A stretch of DNA of 64,000 bases from Anolis carolinensis (lineage: Eukaryota): NCBI RefSeq assembly GCF_035594765.1, contig NC_085844.1, positions 10,183,923 through 10,247,922 of the forward strand. The letters are read 5' to 3'. A model generated the notes under the pieces. It made no database searches. It was not told the DNA's origin and was given only the letters and a program-made list of their open reading frames with translations. How positions within the stretch are numbered: position 1 is the stretch's first letter; each line of letters opens with the position of its first letter. Position numbers and translations under genes: made by a program. Shown here piece by piece: positions 26,338 through 39,000 of this stretch.

Positions 26338-27309
26338 TCATTTCAAATTTCCTGAATTCCCTCTGCAATAGTCTTCCTCTTCCTTGAAAAGTTTCTGCAA
26401 CACTTTATTGATTTGGTTGTTGGATCTTCCCCCTTTATCTCTTCCCACCAAATAATAGCTCATGGGGTTAATAGCACTGTTTACAGAGACACACATGTAA
26501 CTATATTCATACAAAAAACAATAATGATCACAGGGTATTGAAAAAACGTGAATGATATTAAATGGAAAAGAAAAGAGGAGAAAGAAGAGAAGTGTAAGCC
26601 AAATGGTTCTTAACAGTTTTCCTTTCTTCTTTTGTGGTGGTCTTAAGCAGAATTTCATAAATATGGCTATAGTGGACACACACATGATGGGCATGCAAAC
26701 CACAGCATTCAAGATCAACTGTATATACACTATGTGATCATACCCATTTAATGAGAGAGTGTGACTTATAGCAGTAGTTAAGAAGCTGAAGATCCAGACA
26801 ATGACACACAAGGCAGTGGATAAATGTGTTGGCCGGTGGCATCGATGCCAGAGTGGGAAGAAGAGACACACACACCTGTCAATGCTGATGATTGACATGA
26901 GGTACTGACTAGCAGTGAATGTGAACGCAAAGATGGCATAGTAGAAGAAACTGAAGTAATCAGACAAAAAGTTAGGATTAAACAAGCTAAAAAGGGAAAA
27001 TATATCTCTAATAACTTCATTATTGAGCACAGCAAAATCTGCAATGGAAAGGTTCAAAATGTATGTGGTGAAGGGAGTCCTTTTAATGCGGAAGCCAAGA
27101 AGCCAAATGACAATTCCATTCCCCACAAGTCCAGGAAGGCAGATGAGAAGCATGATGATGCTTACGATATCATTATTCCAGTTTTCTGGGAATGTATTAT
27201 CATCATAATATAGGAATGTGTATTCATTATAATCCATTATATTCTCAGTTACATTATATTCCAAAGAAATATTCACCGAAGAGTAGAGTGACTTGCTGAA
27301 TTTTGTCAT
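26338..27309 (-). CDS. Mas-related GPCR, type B1, 323 aa, intact
   Basis: 7TM; GLVGNG, YILNLSIAD, SIDRCVCLFFPLWHRCHRP, VNSAINPMSYYLVG; acceptor TAG at 27339-27341. Confidence 0.92.
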   Translation of the reverse strand: MTKFSKSLYSSVNISLEYNVTENIMDYNEYTFLYYDDNTFPENWNNDIVSIIMLLICLPGLVGNGIVIWLLGFRIKRTPFTTYILNLSIADFAVLNNEVIRDIFSLFSLFNPNFLSDYFSFFYYAIFAFTFTASQYLMSIISIDRCVCLFFPLWHRCHRPTHLSTALCVIVWIFSFLTTAISHTLSLNGYDHIVYIQLILNAVVCMPIMCVSTIAIFMKFCLRPPQKKKGKLLRTIWLTLLFFLLFSFPFNIIHVFSIPCDHYCFLYEYSYMCVSVNSAINPMSYYLVGRDKGGRSNNQINKVLQKLFKEEEDYCRGNSGNLK

Positions 27310-29312
27310 CCTGAAGGTTTATTCTGGAATACACACTCCTACAAGGGAAGAGACAAAGGAAAAATTACTTTCCAGCTCTGCAGCAGAATAATGAACAATC
27401 ATCTTACATTCTTGAGTCTTTTTCTTCTCTTGTATTCATGCTTAGGTAAATCATAGATGCGGGTTTATTTTGGAGTATAAGAGAAGATACAAGAGAGAGA
27501 ATTGCTTTCTCACCCCCAGCAGAATAATGATTTGAACACCCACAGGCTGGAGTTATTTCCACGGAGTACTTTCTTGCTACCTATTTTTCTGAACATAGTT
27601 CCTTGCATACAGTGCCCTTGTTCTGGTGGGTGAGGGGGCTTTCTAGGTCCAGCTCTGCTTCTAGTCACTGATTCAAAGGGTAGCAGAAAGTCTGCACTAC
27701 TTAGGAAGTAATAGCCAGGCTTATGATGAAGGTGGAACGTCACTGGTGCAGCATCAAGTCATCTATTTATTTATTTTATTTATTTGTGGTATTTATATAC
27801 CACCCTTCTCAACCCCGAAGGGGACTCAGGGTGGTTCACAGTGTTGGTAAACATTCAATGCCATTGATTAAAAACAGCATAAAATATCAAAGTTGACCCT
27901 CCCCTAATAAAACTTCAAACATTATTGAATACATCACATAAAATAACATCATATATCACACAAAGACATAGCCGTTGTCCATAAACAGTCCTGGGTCATT
28001 GCACTTTCAACTTTCACTTTAACTTTAAATATTCCCATGATGGGCCAAATGCCTGGTTCCACAGGCAGGTCTTTATCTGTCTCCTAAAGGTCAGGAGGGA
28101 GCCTGACCTAAGGTCCTAAGAACCTGGAGGGCCATAGGTTTTGTAGGCCTTGTTTAAGTGGCCTTAAGCCTCTCTGGTGAATTTTAAAATAAAATCAAGC
28201 AGAAGAGATTGAAATACATAATGCTCTATAAGGAAGGTGCACAAAGTGCAGGTTTTGGATTGAATGTAGTTTCCTCTGACTTTTTAAAACTTCACTGAAT
28301 TCATACCCCCGCCTTACAAATGGCACATCATACAACTTCAATGCCTATGGTTTACTGTTTGTACCTTTGTCAGACTTTCTTAAGGCCTATAAAGGTTTCT
28401 TGGTTTTTTATCTTTCAGAATATAAAATCTGATTATCATTGCAGTGCTTTGCCACAAAACAACCTGAACAAACATAAACCAATGATAAATAAGAGGGAAA
28501 TAGTTATAAACTATCAATATCTATGTAACTCTATGTCTGGAATTTCCAGTCTGGGATTCAAGGTTGTTTAGAAAGAGAAACATTTTAAAAATGACTTCAT
28601 GCAGTTTTTTTAAAAAAAATATGATGAAACTAAGAATGGAATAACAGAAGTTTCAAGCATGATCAATACAAATAAAGCAAGAAATTTTATAACACATTCT
28701 GAAATGTCTACCTCTTCAAAAATAGCTATAGAAATTTCAGAAATGTTCACAATCAACTTGGGTCCTATATGCAGAGAAAGATGGAATAAAAAGAAAGTAA
28801 AACTATTTTGAATTAAATATGTTCCAGTCAAGGGATGGGTCAGGTGTATTGGTCTTTGAAGTGTGTGTCACACTTCTGTGGGTGAGGAAATTGTAGCCTT
28901 TGACTAAATGTCACTGCTGTGTGAGTAAATGGCCAGTTCCATCTATTTATCAGTCAATGGAAGGTATTGCTACCCCCTCGCCCCCCTTTCCTATTGCATG
29001 ACCGTGTGCTGAAAGAAGTGGCCATTTTGGGGAAAGATCTGAACAGGATGAAGTTTCCAAGTCCAGCATCTCTTTGCCTTGTCAGATTTCAAAATTAGTG
29101 GACATAAGAACTAGAACAGAATAGAGAAGGTGAGGGGTGAATCTGATGTAAAGCCCTTCTATTTGGATCTATATCATTTTGAGAACCATAACGGTTAACT
29201 AAAATTCTCTGCAGGGTTTAACTGGTTAATGTGAAGGGAGATGGGCATGGGTGAACCAGAGAAAGGAAGAATTTTGCAGGATGAAAAAAAGTTATTGTAC
29301 AGACTATCCTAC

Positions 29313-29740
29313 CTTGTTCCAGTTACATCTGTTTGCTCCCAAATGCAAGTTGAAAGGATTGGGATGTTCTCCTTCTAGACTGCGGGAAATACTCAGTTCT
29401 CTGCTTCCAGAGGATTTTCTCCATCCAGCAGTGAGAAAACAACTTCAGATATAAAGAATCGGAGAGGTGCTTTATATTATTCTACAAGAGTGGGGGTTAG
29501 ATTGGTTTAACAATGAGACTTCCAGGAAATCCATTATCAGGAAGACCAATATTTGAGATCTTGATCCGGCACCTTTCACAGGATGCATCTCAAATCTCCT
29601 GTGTGATTCAAAACATTTTTCTACATTTGAAAGCTCATGTGAAATCTTCACTTTATATCATCAAGCCTAACTCAGCATTAGGAATTACTTGGAACGTAAG
29701 CCAACAGGACAGGCATTTATGGGGAAATTGCCATGGTCCA
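29313..29740 (-). promoter_or_regulatory. Candidate non-coding exon 1 and TATA promoter of type-B1 receptor
   Basis: Donor AAG|GTAGGA at 29313/29312, TATAAA at 29471-29476; homologous to 11921-12350. Confidence 0.55.
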
Positions 29741-30342
29741 TATTAGAATTCAGTCAGCAGTCTCTCTAGCATGGAAATAAGAAATTCAATAGAAAACATC
29801 GGCCACATTGTCACTGCCATTCCCCAGCCCAGAAATGATTTGATCATAATGTTTCTCTCTGTGCTTTGAATGTGATTTTCCTGCCTCTTGTTAGACTGGA
29901 TGGCCCACGAGGTCTCTTCCACAAGGTCTCTTCCAACACTTTGGTTCTCTGATTCTCTGATAAGCTTAACCAGTAGCTCATCAGCATTTGTGGGACATAT
30001 GTGTGTTCACATAGTTGCAACAAACAACTAATTTGCTAGAATTCCCCATAATTAAAAGTTTTCTGCAAAATATGACTTTCACATTTTGCAAAATTGCAGC
30101 CATTGAAAAAGGACCTCCTAGACATATTTATTTCAAATGAGATATGAGATCTCTCAGTAAAGAATTCCCAAAGAACTGATTCTTTCTACTAAAATCTCAG
30201 TTGTGTGTTTTGGAGTTTTAAATTGACTAGGCAGAGTCTTCTTTTTTCCAGTTCACGTGGGTCACTAGGAATTCTCAATTTCTTTCTTTAAAATCCATGT
30301 TTTGTGCAATGCTTCAATAACTTCATGGGCTCCAGAAGACAA

Positions 30343-30411
30343 AGAAGAAGAAGAAGAAGAAGAAGAAGAAGAAGAAGAAGAAGAAGAAGAAGAAGAAGAA
30401 GAAGAAGAAGA
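30343..30411 (+). repeat. (GAA)n microsatellite (copies about 47385 and 57960)
   Basis: Directly visible trinucleotide run. Confidence 0.95.
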
Positions 30412-30705
30412 AACAACAGGAAAAACTCAGCCATTATCAGGACCTCAAAATCGAACGGCAAAGCTCTGGCATAAAACAGTCCAGGTTGTAATCGGCACAC
30501 TGGGTGCCATGCCAAAAGATCTTAGGTGGCATTTGGAAACAATAAATATTGACAAAATTACGATCTGTCAACTGCAAAAGGCCTTCTTACTGGGATCTGC
30601 ACACATCAACCGAAAATACATCACACAGTCCAAAACACTTGGGAAGTGTTTGACTTGTCATTATGTGATATGAAATCTACCATATATATCTCGTTTGCTG
30701 TGTCA

Positions 30706-30757
<52 letters not shown>

Positions 30758-30772
30758 AATAATAATAATAAT
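30412..30772 (+). mobile_element. R4/Dong-clade non-LTR retrotransposon 3' fragment
   Basis: Encodes EKLS.YQDLKIE..LWHK..V.IGTLGA.PKDL..QLQKA.LLGS, the restriction-like endonuclease C-terminus; ends in (CAA)n(TAA)n. Confidence 0.7.
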
Positions 30773-30964
30773 TATATAGATGTTTGATAGCCGAGATTTG
30801 TTTTTTGTAAGATTGTTGACAGAGGGATCATGGCAATACTGAAAAGCAGAGGGGGCAATAAGTCTCCCTGGAAAATTCCTCTCCTGATGTTGACAAGTCC
30901 ATAGCTTTCATTTCCAACAAACTGTTCAGTTTTCCAGTGTTCCATCATGTTTTCAGTGAAGGTG

Positions 30965-31264
30965 CCGCTATCAGGACCTCAAGATTGAACTTCAAAGACT
31001 CTGGCAGAAACCAGTGCAGGTGGTCCCGGTGGTGATGAGCACATTGGGTGCCGTGCCAAAAGATCTCAGCCGGCATTTGGAAACAATAGACATTGACAAA
31101 ATTACGATCTGCCAACTGCAAAAGGCCACCCTACTGGGATCTGCACGCATCATCCGAAAATACATCACACAATCCTAGACACTTGGGAAGTGTTCGACTT
31201 GTGATTTTGTGATATGAAATCCAGCATATCTATCTTGTTTGCTGTGTCATAATAAAATAATAAT
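30965..31264 (+). mobile_element. Second R4/Dong 3' fragment
   Basis: RYQDLKIELQRLWQKPVQVVPVVMSTLGAVPKDL...; ends in TAA repeats. Confidence 0.7.
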
Positions 31265-32797
31265 GTAGTATTTTCTACTCACCTCTCCTCATGACTTGAG
31301 ATGGGCTACAAATAATTAAAAGACATAAACACAGCAAAAACACTATAAATATATACACAAAAATGTACCTCTATAAAAATTACCTACCAAAACGTATCTC
31401 TAATGAAATACATATGAAACAGATAAAGAGAGATTAAACAAAGGACAAATGAACACCAAAACACACACACACACACAAAGACAAGGGCTGCAGTCTGCTC
31501 ATGAGGATCTTCAAAGGCAGCAATAGAGTGATGGCTGGAGATGTTCTGGCCTCTTTTGCAGCAGCCACAGCAAAGTCCTTAGATCTTGTGGCCCTGTTGA
31601 CGTTGGAGGGATGGGCTCCCGGCAGGTGGTGCAGGAGACACGACGCTGCTGTATTCCACTTTATGGCCTCAGACCATGGCCATAAACCCATGTTTGCATT
31701 AATTGCTGGGTGTCATTTTGACAGAAGTGTTTTGGTGGCATGATCTTCATCTGAATCCAATCTCCCAGATCATATAAATGGAATATGGAAGAAAAATATT
31801 TTGCTGTATTTGCTATTTTTGCTGTTGTTTCTGTGAGCTTACAATTTGTTTCCATCTAGGGGAGACCTATCGACAAACCTACCATGGGATGTTCTGCGGC
31901 TGAGATCATGTGACTTGCCCAAGATGACCCAATGAGTTTCCATGGTTAACAGGAAAATCAAACCTTGGTCTCTAGAGATTTGTGACCTCATCGCACTTTG
32001 TAAAACCAGCATCATATCATACTGCCATCCAAGTTCACTTATGGAGCCCAGACCACCCATCAGAAGATGCACATTGACTTCTGACAGGGCTTCATGAGTG
32101 AACTGAGGCAGTAGAGTTATACGATGCTGCCCTGCCATCATAGGAGCTTCCCTGTGTTCCAGAAGGAACAACAGGGCTATCTTGGATGCAAACCGGGATG
32201 CAATGCTTCCTCTTGGTGTGATGGGGAAGCGTCAGCTGTTGGTCGGATAGAGTTCTGGGTGCTGGGATTGATCCACAGCCCCAATGATTCACCACGGAGG
32301 CTGGTGAATCACAACACTGGACCTCACCCACACGACGAGGTCCATATTTCAACACTCAAATAATTGTGCCACATTGACGTTTAAAACATCTTGATTTTAT
32401 TTCCATGCTCTTATCTATGGTATCTCTACTGACTTTGGTAATGTAGTTAAATAAATTCGATCCTCTTCTTTCCCCACCAGCTTTCATCATTCATCATGCC
32501 ATACTTGTGATACTTAAATAGGTTCAAGCTCATACAGTGTCATTTTAAGTAGGATCAGGAAAGAAAGCAATAGAACAGGTTTGCTTTCCATTTACAGCTT
32601 ATTCATATCTTGATATTTAATATTTGCAATTAAATTCTAAATGTTATATATTCTAAAATTATAGAAACAGAGAGGAGATTAAAATGTTGTTGTTCCATTC
32701 CAAAAGAAGCAACAAAAGAAGGTCGTTTCATGTATAGGCATAAATATCTATGAATCAGCAGGAATATATAGCATACATACTAAGTATCTCTTTAGAC

Positions 32798-35221
32798 CAG
32801 GCATGGGAAAACTTTAGCCCTCCAGGAGTTTTGGACTCCAACACCAACAATTTCTAACAGCTGGTTGGCTGTTACAAATTGTGGAAGTTGAAGTCCAATA
32901 ATAAATAATAATAAAACTTTATTTATATAGCGCCCTATCTCCCGGATGGGACTCAGGGCGGTTTACAGTCATAAAAGCAACACAAACATTACATAACAAC
33001 ATAATACATATTATTATACAAAGTAAAATAATGCAATTATAACAATAAATCACACTTACATGACCAGATCAAGGGACGGGAACCATAAACCCAATATATT
33101 AAAATGTATCATTTTAGGCTAGGGAAATCTTGTGCAATATATTCAGGCCCAGAAATCGGTGGTTGTCCAATGTAATTACTCTAAGATCTGCCAACACCAT
33201 CAGGTCTTCAGTTCCTTACGGAAATTGGATAATGTAGGGGATCGCCTGATCTCTTTTGGCAATGCATTCCAGAGCCGGGGGGGGGGGGGCACTGCCGTGA
33301 AGGCTCGTTCCCTCATCCCCACCAGCCGCACTTGAGACGGTGGTGGGAGCGCGAGAAGAGCCTCCCCGGATGATCTCAAGGTCCGCACTGGCTCATAGGA
33401 GGAGATGCGATCACGGAGATAGGTAGGGACCGAACCGTATAGGGCTTTATAGGTCAAAACCTGCACCTTGAATTGGGCCCGGCAGTTTATCGGCAGCCAG
33501 TGGAGCTGCTTTAATAGGGGCATTGTGTGCTCTCTATAGCCGGCTCCCGTTAGAAATCTGGTTGCCGATCTTTGAACCAGTTGGAGTTTCCGGGCCGTCT
33601 TCAGGGGCAGCCCCACGTAGAGAGCATTGCAGTAATCCAGTCTGGATGTAACTAAGGCATGGACCACCGTGGCCAAGTCAGACTTCTCGAGGTATGGTCG
33701 CAGTTGTGCACAAGTTTTAAATGTGCAAAGGACCTCCCGGCCACTGCCAACAACTGGGCATCAAGCGCCAGAGATGAATCCAGGAGGACCCCCAGACTGC
33801 GGACCAGCGCCTTCAAGGAGAGTGCAACCCCATCGAGCACAGGTTGCCACCCAATACCCCGATTGGTCCCATGACTGACCAGGAGGGCCTCTGTCTTGTC
33901 TGGATTAAGCTTCAACTGATTAGTCCTCATCCAGTTCGACACAGCTGCCAGGCACCGGTTTAGGGTCTGAGCGGCTTCCTTGGAGTTTGGTGGAAGCATG
34001 GGGGAGAGAATGGAAGCTTGCGGGACCCCACAGGTCAAAGGCCAGGGGTCCGAGCAGGTGTCCCCCAGCTTCACCATCTGGGTACGATCCCCCAGGAAGG
34101 AGCGGAGCCACTGCAAAGCAATGCCCCCAAGACCCATTCCCGAGAGCCGCCCTAGAACTATACCATGGTCGATGGTATTGAAAGCCGCTGAGATGAACAG
34201 GAGAACCAGAAGGGATGCACTCCCCCTATCTAGTTCTCTGCAGAGGTCATCCACCAAGGCGACCAAAGCCGTTTCAGTCCCATGACCAGGCCTGAAGCCA
34301 GACTGTGACGAATCCAGATAATCGGTCTCATCCAAGAATTCCTGGAGCTGAGAAGCAACCACTCTCTCCAGGACCTCTCCCAAAAATGGGAGGTTGGAGA
34401 TTGGCCGGTAGTTGTTCAATAATAATGAATCTAAAGTCGCCTACTTTAAAATGGGCCTCACAATTGCCTTTTTAAGGCAAGATGGAACATGCCCTTGCTG
34501 TAAAGAGGCATTAATGATACCCGTAAACCAATCAGCCAGCCTTCCACCGGCGAGTTTGATAAGCCAAGATGGGCAAGGATCTAGGATGCAAGTGGTCGCC
34601 CTCACCGCTCCAAGAACCTTGTCAACGTCATCAGGCTGAACAAGTTGAAATGAATCCAATAAAATCTGACAGACAGGTGCCTTGGTTACATCCCCTGGTT
34701 CTGCACTAATGTCAGCATCCAAGTCGGAGCAAATTCGAGCGACTTTGACGGCAAAATGATGTGCAAACTCGCCACATCATGTTGTCAGGTGATCAGAAGG
34801 CCCCTCCCCCTCAGGGGGATGGAGGAGCTCCCTGACCACCTGAAACAACTCTCTTGGTCTATTAGTTGCAGACGCAATGTGCGCAGTCAAGGAAGTCTTT
34901 CTGGCTGCGTGCATTACCACGGAGTATGCCTTAAGAGAGGCTTTAGCCCGTGTTCGGTCGGATACACTTCGAATCCTCTGCCAAGGGCTCTCTAGCCTCT
35001 GCCTCGTTCGCTTCATCACCGCCAGCTCCCCAGTAAACCAGAGGGCTGGTTTGAACCGATGCGACAAGAGGGGATGCTCAGGGGTGATCGTGTCTATTGC
35101 CCTAGAGACCTCCGTGTTATAGAGATCTACCAGGACATCGACAGGATTGTCAGTCAGCATGGCAGGAAAATCCCCAAGAGACGTCCAAAACACCTGGAGG
35201 GCCAAAGTTTGCCCATGCCTG
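32798..35221. mobile_element. hAT MITE split by an L2 insertion
   Basis: CAGGCATGGG at 32798 and CCCATGCCTG ending 35221; 8-bp TSD CTTTAGAC on both sides. Confidence 0.85.
32899..35182 (-). mobile_element. 5'-truncated, frameshifted L2 LINE
   Basis: ORFs 34777-35205, 34441-34722, 33652-34419, 33200-33676 homologous to ORF 42781-45051; internal deletion removes the YADD segment; GTCCAA duplicated at both ends. Confidence 0.9.
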
Positions 35222-35350
35222 CTTTAGACTATTTAAAGGCATTTGGATATTCTAACAAATTTTAATATAAAACATTATTTTGTCTAACACATTTATAAAA
35301 GGATAACTGCCGTGACCTTGGGGGGGGGGGGGTTATAACTGGGTCTTATT

Positions 35351-36063
35351 TCAGATTTCCTGATTCCCTCTACAACAGTCTTCCTCTTCCTTGAAAAGTT
35401 TCTCCAGCACTTTATTGATTCGCTTGCTGGATCTCCCTCTTTTATCTCTTCTCACTAAATAATAGATCATGGGGTTAATGGCACTGTTTACAGAGACACT
35501 TATGAAGCCATATGTATAAAAGAGGTATTGATGATTAAATAGAGCCATAACATGAATGACATTAAATGGAAAAGCAAAGAGGAGGAAGAAGAAAAGAGTA
35601 AGCCAAATGGTTCTTAACAGTTTTCCTTTCTTCTTTTGTGGTGGTCTTAAGCAGAATTTAATAAAAATGGCTAAAGTGGACACACACTTGATGGGCAGGC
35701 AAACCACAGCATTCAAGATAAACTGTATATACAGCATGTGATCATACCCATTTAATAAGAGAGTGAGACTTATAGCAGTAGTTAAGAAGCTGAAGATCCA
35801 GACAATGGAAAGAAGACACAGACACACCTGTCAATGCTGATGAGCGACAGTAGACACTGACTAGTGCTGAACATGAATCGAAAGAGAGTGTTAAAGAATA
35901 TTATTGAGAATTGATGCATGTCTACATAGGTGAGTAATTGTGCAAGCCAAATTGTATTTATAGCAACAATAGCTGTGACCACACCAAAATCAGCTATGGC
36001 TAGGTTCAAGACATAGGTAGTGAAAGGATTTCTCTTAATGCAGAAGCCAAGAAGCCAGAAGAC
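35351..36063 (-). pseudogene. Chimeric MRGPR pseudogene (type-A TM2-TM3 fused to type-B3 TM4-TM7), start codon deleted
   Basis: 35808-36063 nearly identical to the type-A gene, 35351-35803 type-B-like; out-of-frame junction; ~275-bp deletion removes TM1, ATG and splice acceptor. Confidence 0.9.
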
Positions 36064-39000
36064 CCTATCCAGTTTTCAGTACCCAGTTTTTGACACACTC
36101 CCATTCCATTTTTAGGGAACGTCCTGAATTCGGAAGGGCTTTCTGTATTCATGCCAAAAAATTTGGTCCATTGACACCTATGGGGAAAATTTAGAGGCTT
36201 GTTTCTTTGTCATTTTAGGCATATCAGTATGAAACCTGCCTCACTTGTTGGCCACATGCAAGCTGGTCAAGTTTCAGAATGTTTCGCCAATCTACTGATT
36301 TTTGGGAAATTTTAATATTTTTTACCATAACATTTTTTAAAAAAAAGACTCACAAGAGGAGATTCTGCAAATCGAAGTCCCAAGCACACACCGCAATGGG
36401 GAAGGAAAATGAACACAGTCAACCAGGCCTCTTACTGGCTGAGAAAGAAAGTGAGAAACACATAGAGATAAAAATTAAAAACTTCATGCCCCGAGAGGGA
36501 ACACAGTCTCCTTCAATGCCCACATCACACAAAGTGCTGCTGGGAAATAGAGTTCCCATTTATTTGCGTCAAGCAGACACAAGGGTAGGGGAAGTGTCTT
36601 CAGGAAAAGATGAAGGAGCCTGCCAGGGAAGAAAACATTGGAGGAGCCTGATTTGCAAGGCCACAGGCCACCTCCACCTCAGGTAGAGTGCTGCTCGGCC
36701 ACATTAGCCCCCATTAGCCAAAAAGATCTGGCTACTCTGATCCCTTTTGGCCAAAGCTTTGGCTGTTTCCCACCAGTCTTGTTTTAATGCATTCGGCAGA
36801 TGAATCTCCTCAATGCCAGAATCTGGGTTACCAAAATGATATTTTGTACACCCCTGGTGATCAGTGCTGCTTCACCTTTTAAGCAAGCCTTGACGGGCAA
36901 AATAAAAAGATCAATTTGAATTTAAAGTAGAATGTATTTCTTCTGACCAGTGTCATTTGTTCATATTTAAATCTCTTTTGTTTTATTTCCATATCAATGC
37001 GGGGCATTTTAAAGAGTTGGCCAGCTTTTGATATCTCCAGACTTCATTGTCAAATAAGATGTTTTTTACCATAACATTTTTTAAAAGTACACACAATAAC
37101 AAACTTATTTTAAAATCATGCTGTAAAGTATCTTGAATGCCTATATGCATTTTTAACATGTCTGCACCTCAACTTTAATTTCTAATATGATCACTTCAAG
37201 ATCATTGTATAGGGAGAAAGATGAGAAAGAACCGACCACTTTTGAGGAATTGTTAATGATGATAACAAAGCAGAGACAACTTTTTTTTGCCTTGGGGCCG
37301 TATTGTGTGGCTGGTCAGGAGGGCCAGGCCAGGAGGAAGGGAGGTGGGGCACATGCTGGGGGGATGGACCTGAGAGGAAGAGGGCCTGAGAGAGGGAGGG
37401 GCCAGAAGGGTGTGGGGCAGGGCCCAGGTCAGCAATTGCCCCAATCTTCCTCCCCAAATACTCCTTCCTCGATTTTTGAGCTGTCCCTCAGCATTATGCT
37501 GAAAGGAGGGAAAGACAGAGGGCTCTCAATCGCTGCGTGCCTTCCTCAAGCCATTCTCCTGACATAAGTACAGGGCCACCCATACCATTCTTATGCTGGG
37601 AGGAGGGTTAGACGCGCAGTGGCCGAGAGTGCTCCAGGGGCTCTCAGCTGCTGCATGCCTTCCTCCACCATTGTTTCTGCATAATGGTCACCACATCTTT
37701 ATGCCAAGAGGACAGGGAAAATGAGGATGGCCTGAGATAGGGGCCCAGGGGGCCTTATATTGCCCATGCCTGCTCTAAAGACTAGAGCTTGAATCACCAC
37801 TTGGCAAGGGACACTTGGGCAAGTCAGACTCCTCAGCCTTAAAACAAAGGACAAACAGTTTCTGAACAAGCATGGGAAGAAAACCCCATGAGAGGATCAG
37901 TTTCCATACATCAGAAACAACTTGCAAGCACATATTTAGTTGCAAGCCATGCCTCTGACCAACATGGTCCATAGAACTGGAAGAAGTCCCAAGGACCATC
38001 CAGTCCAACCTCCATTCTGCCAAGCAGGAATACACAACCCAAAGCTCTTTCAATGGCTGGCCATTCAGCCTCTGCTTAAAAGCCCACAAAGAAGTCAACT
38101 CCACAACACTCCCAGGCAGCATATCCCACTGCAGAACAGCTCTTACCATCAGGAAGTTCTTCCTAATCTTAGGAGGAATCTCCTATTAATTTGAATCTAT
38201 TACTTTGTGTTCTACTCTCAGGAGCAACAGATAACAAGCTTATTGGGAGTGAAGAAAGAATTGCAACATTCAGTAGTTTGTTGGGATGAGAAGCAGTGCA
38301 TTTCGACTGTTTCTAGTGATGGTTATGTAAGTATGTACCTATATAATTGAAAAGGGTTTATGCATGAGTGAGAATGCAAGAGAACTCTCTCTGTTTATGA
38401 AGACCACAGAGAAATGTGTGTAAGTCTATGCATAAGCATTGAAATGTAGAAAATAATGCTGAGATACATTCTGCCAGAAATATACTTTCTAGTATAAGAG
38501 GCCAGAGCAGAGGTCACCAAAATCTGACCCTGGGCTAAAACCTTTAAGAAAACTGCCTAAGCCTGACAGAATCAAACCATAAATTAATCCTTTCTTATGT
38601 CCATTGGCCATGGTTCCAGTCCCAAATATCTCATGCAGATGTATCAACCCATCCCATGGAAAGTCCAATTGACTGTGACATATGAAAATGAGTCTCTTTG
38701 TGTAAATAGAGCCCCCTTCCCCACATACCTGAGTGAAAGAATGGATATATCTTCAGATATAGTGATGAGAAGAAATGTTCTATAAAGTTCTGTGCTGGAA
38801 TGACAGTTTATAGGAAGAGACATTCCAAACACACCTCAAGTCGCCACAAGACCACACTGTTCTTGCTGTTCTTCAAAACCACTGTAAGAAAATATGCTCA
38901 TGCCGTTGCACAAAACTCGGGTCAAAATGGGATGAAATCGTGCTGTTCCTCCAATAAATGTAAGAAGAACAATGCATGCCACATTCTTCCTTTCTTCACT

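Larger units (their letters stand above)
21065..35803. repeat. Segmental tandem duplication unit 1 (~14.7 kb)
   Basis: Colinear high identity with 35804-49263 and 49264-60945. Confidence 0.9.

Noticed and set aside
28610-28831. Short intergenic ORFs repeated three times (e.g. MTGTYLIQ.., MNQRKEEF.., MRIFKGSN..)
   Set aside because: Identity is explained by the segmental duplication; indels change their ends between copies; many begin at non-ATG codons
30288-30673. Poly-Glu / poly-Leu ORFs (also 57906-58294, 47319-47534)
   Set aside because: Translation of a (GAA)n microsatellite running into an R4/Dong fragment
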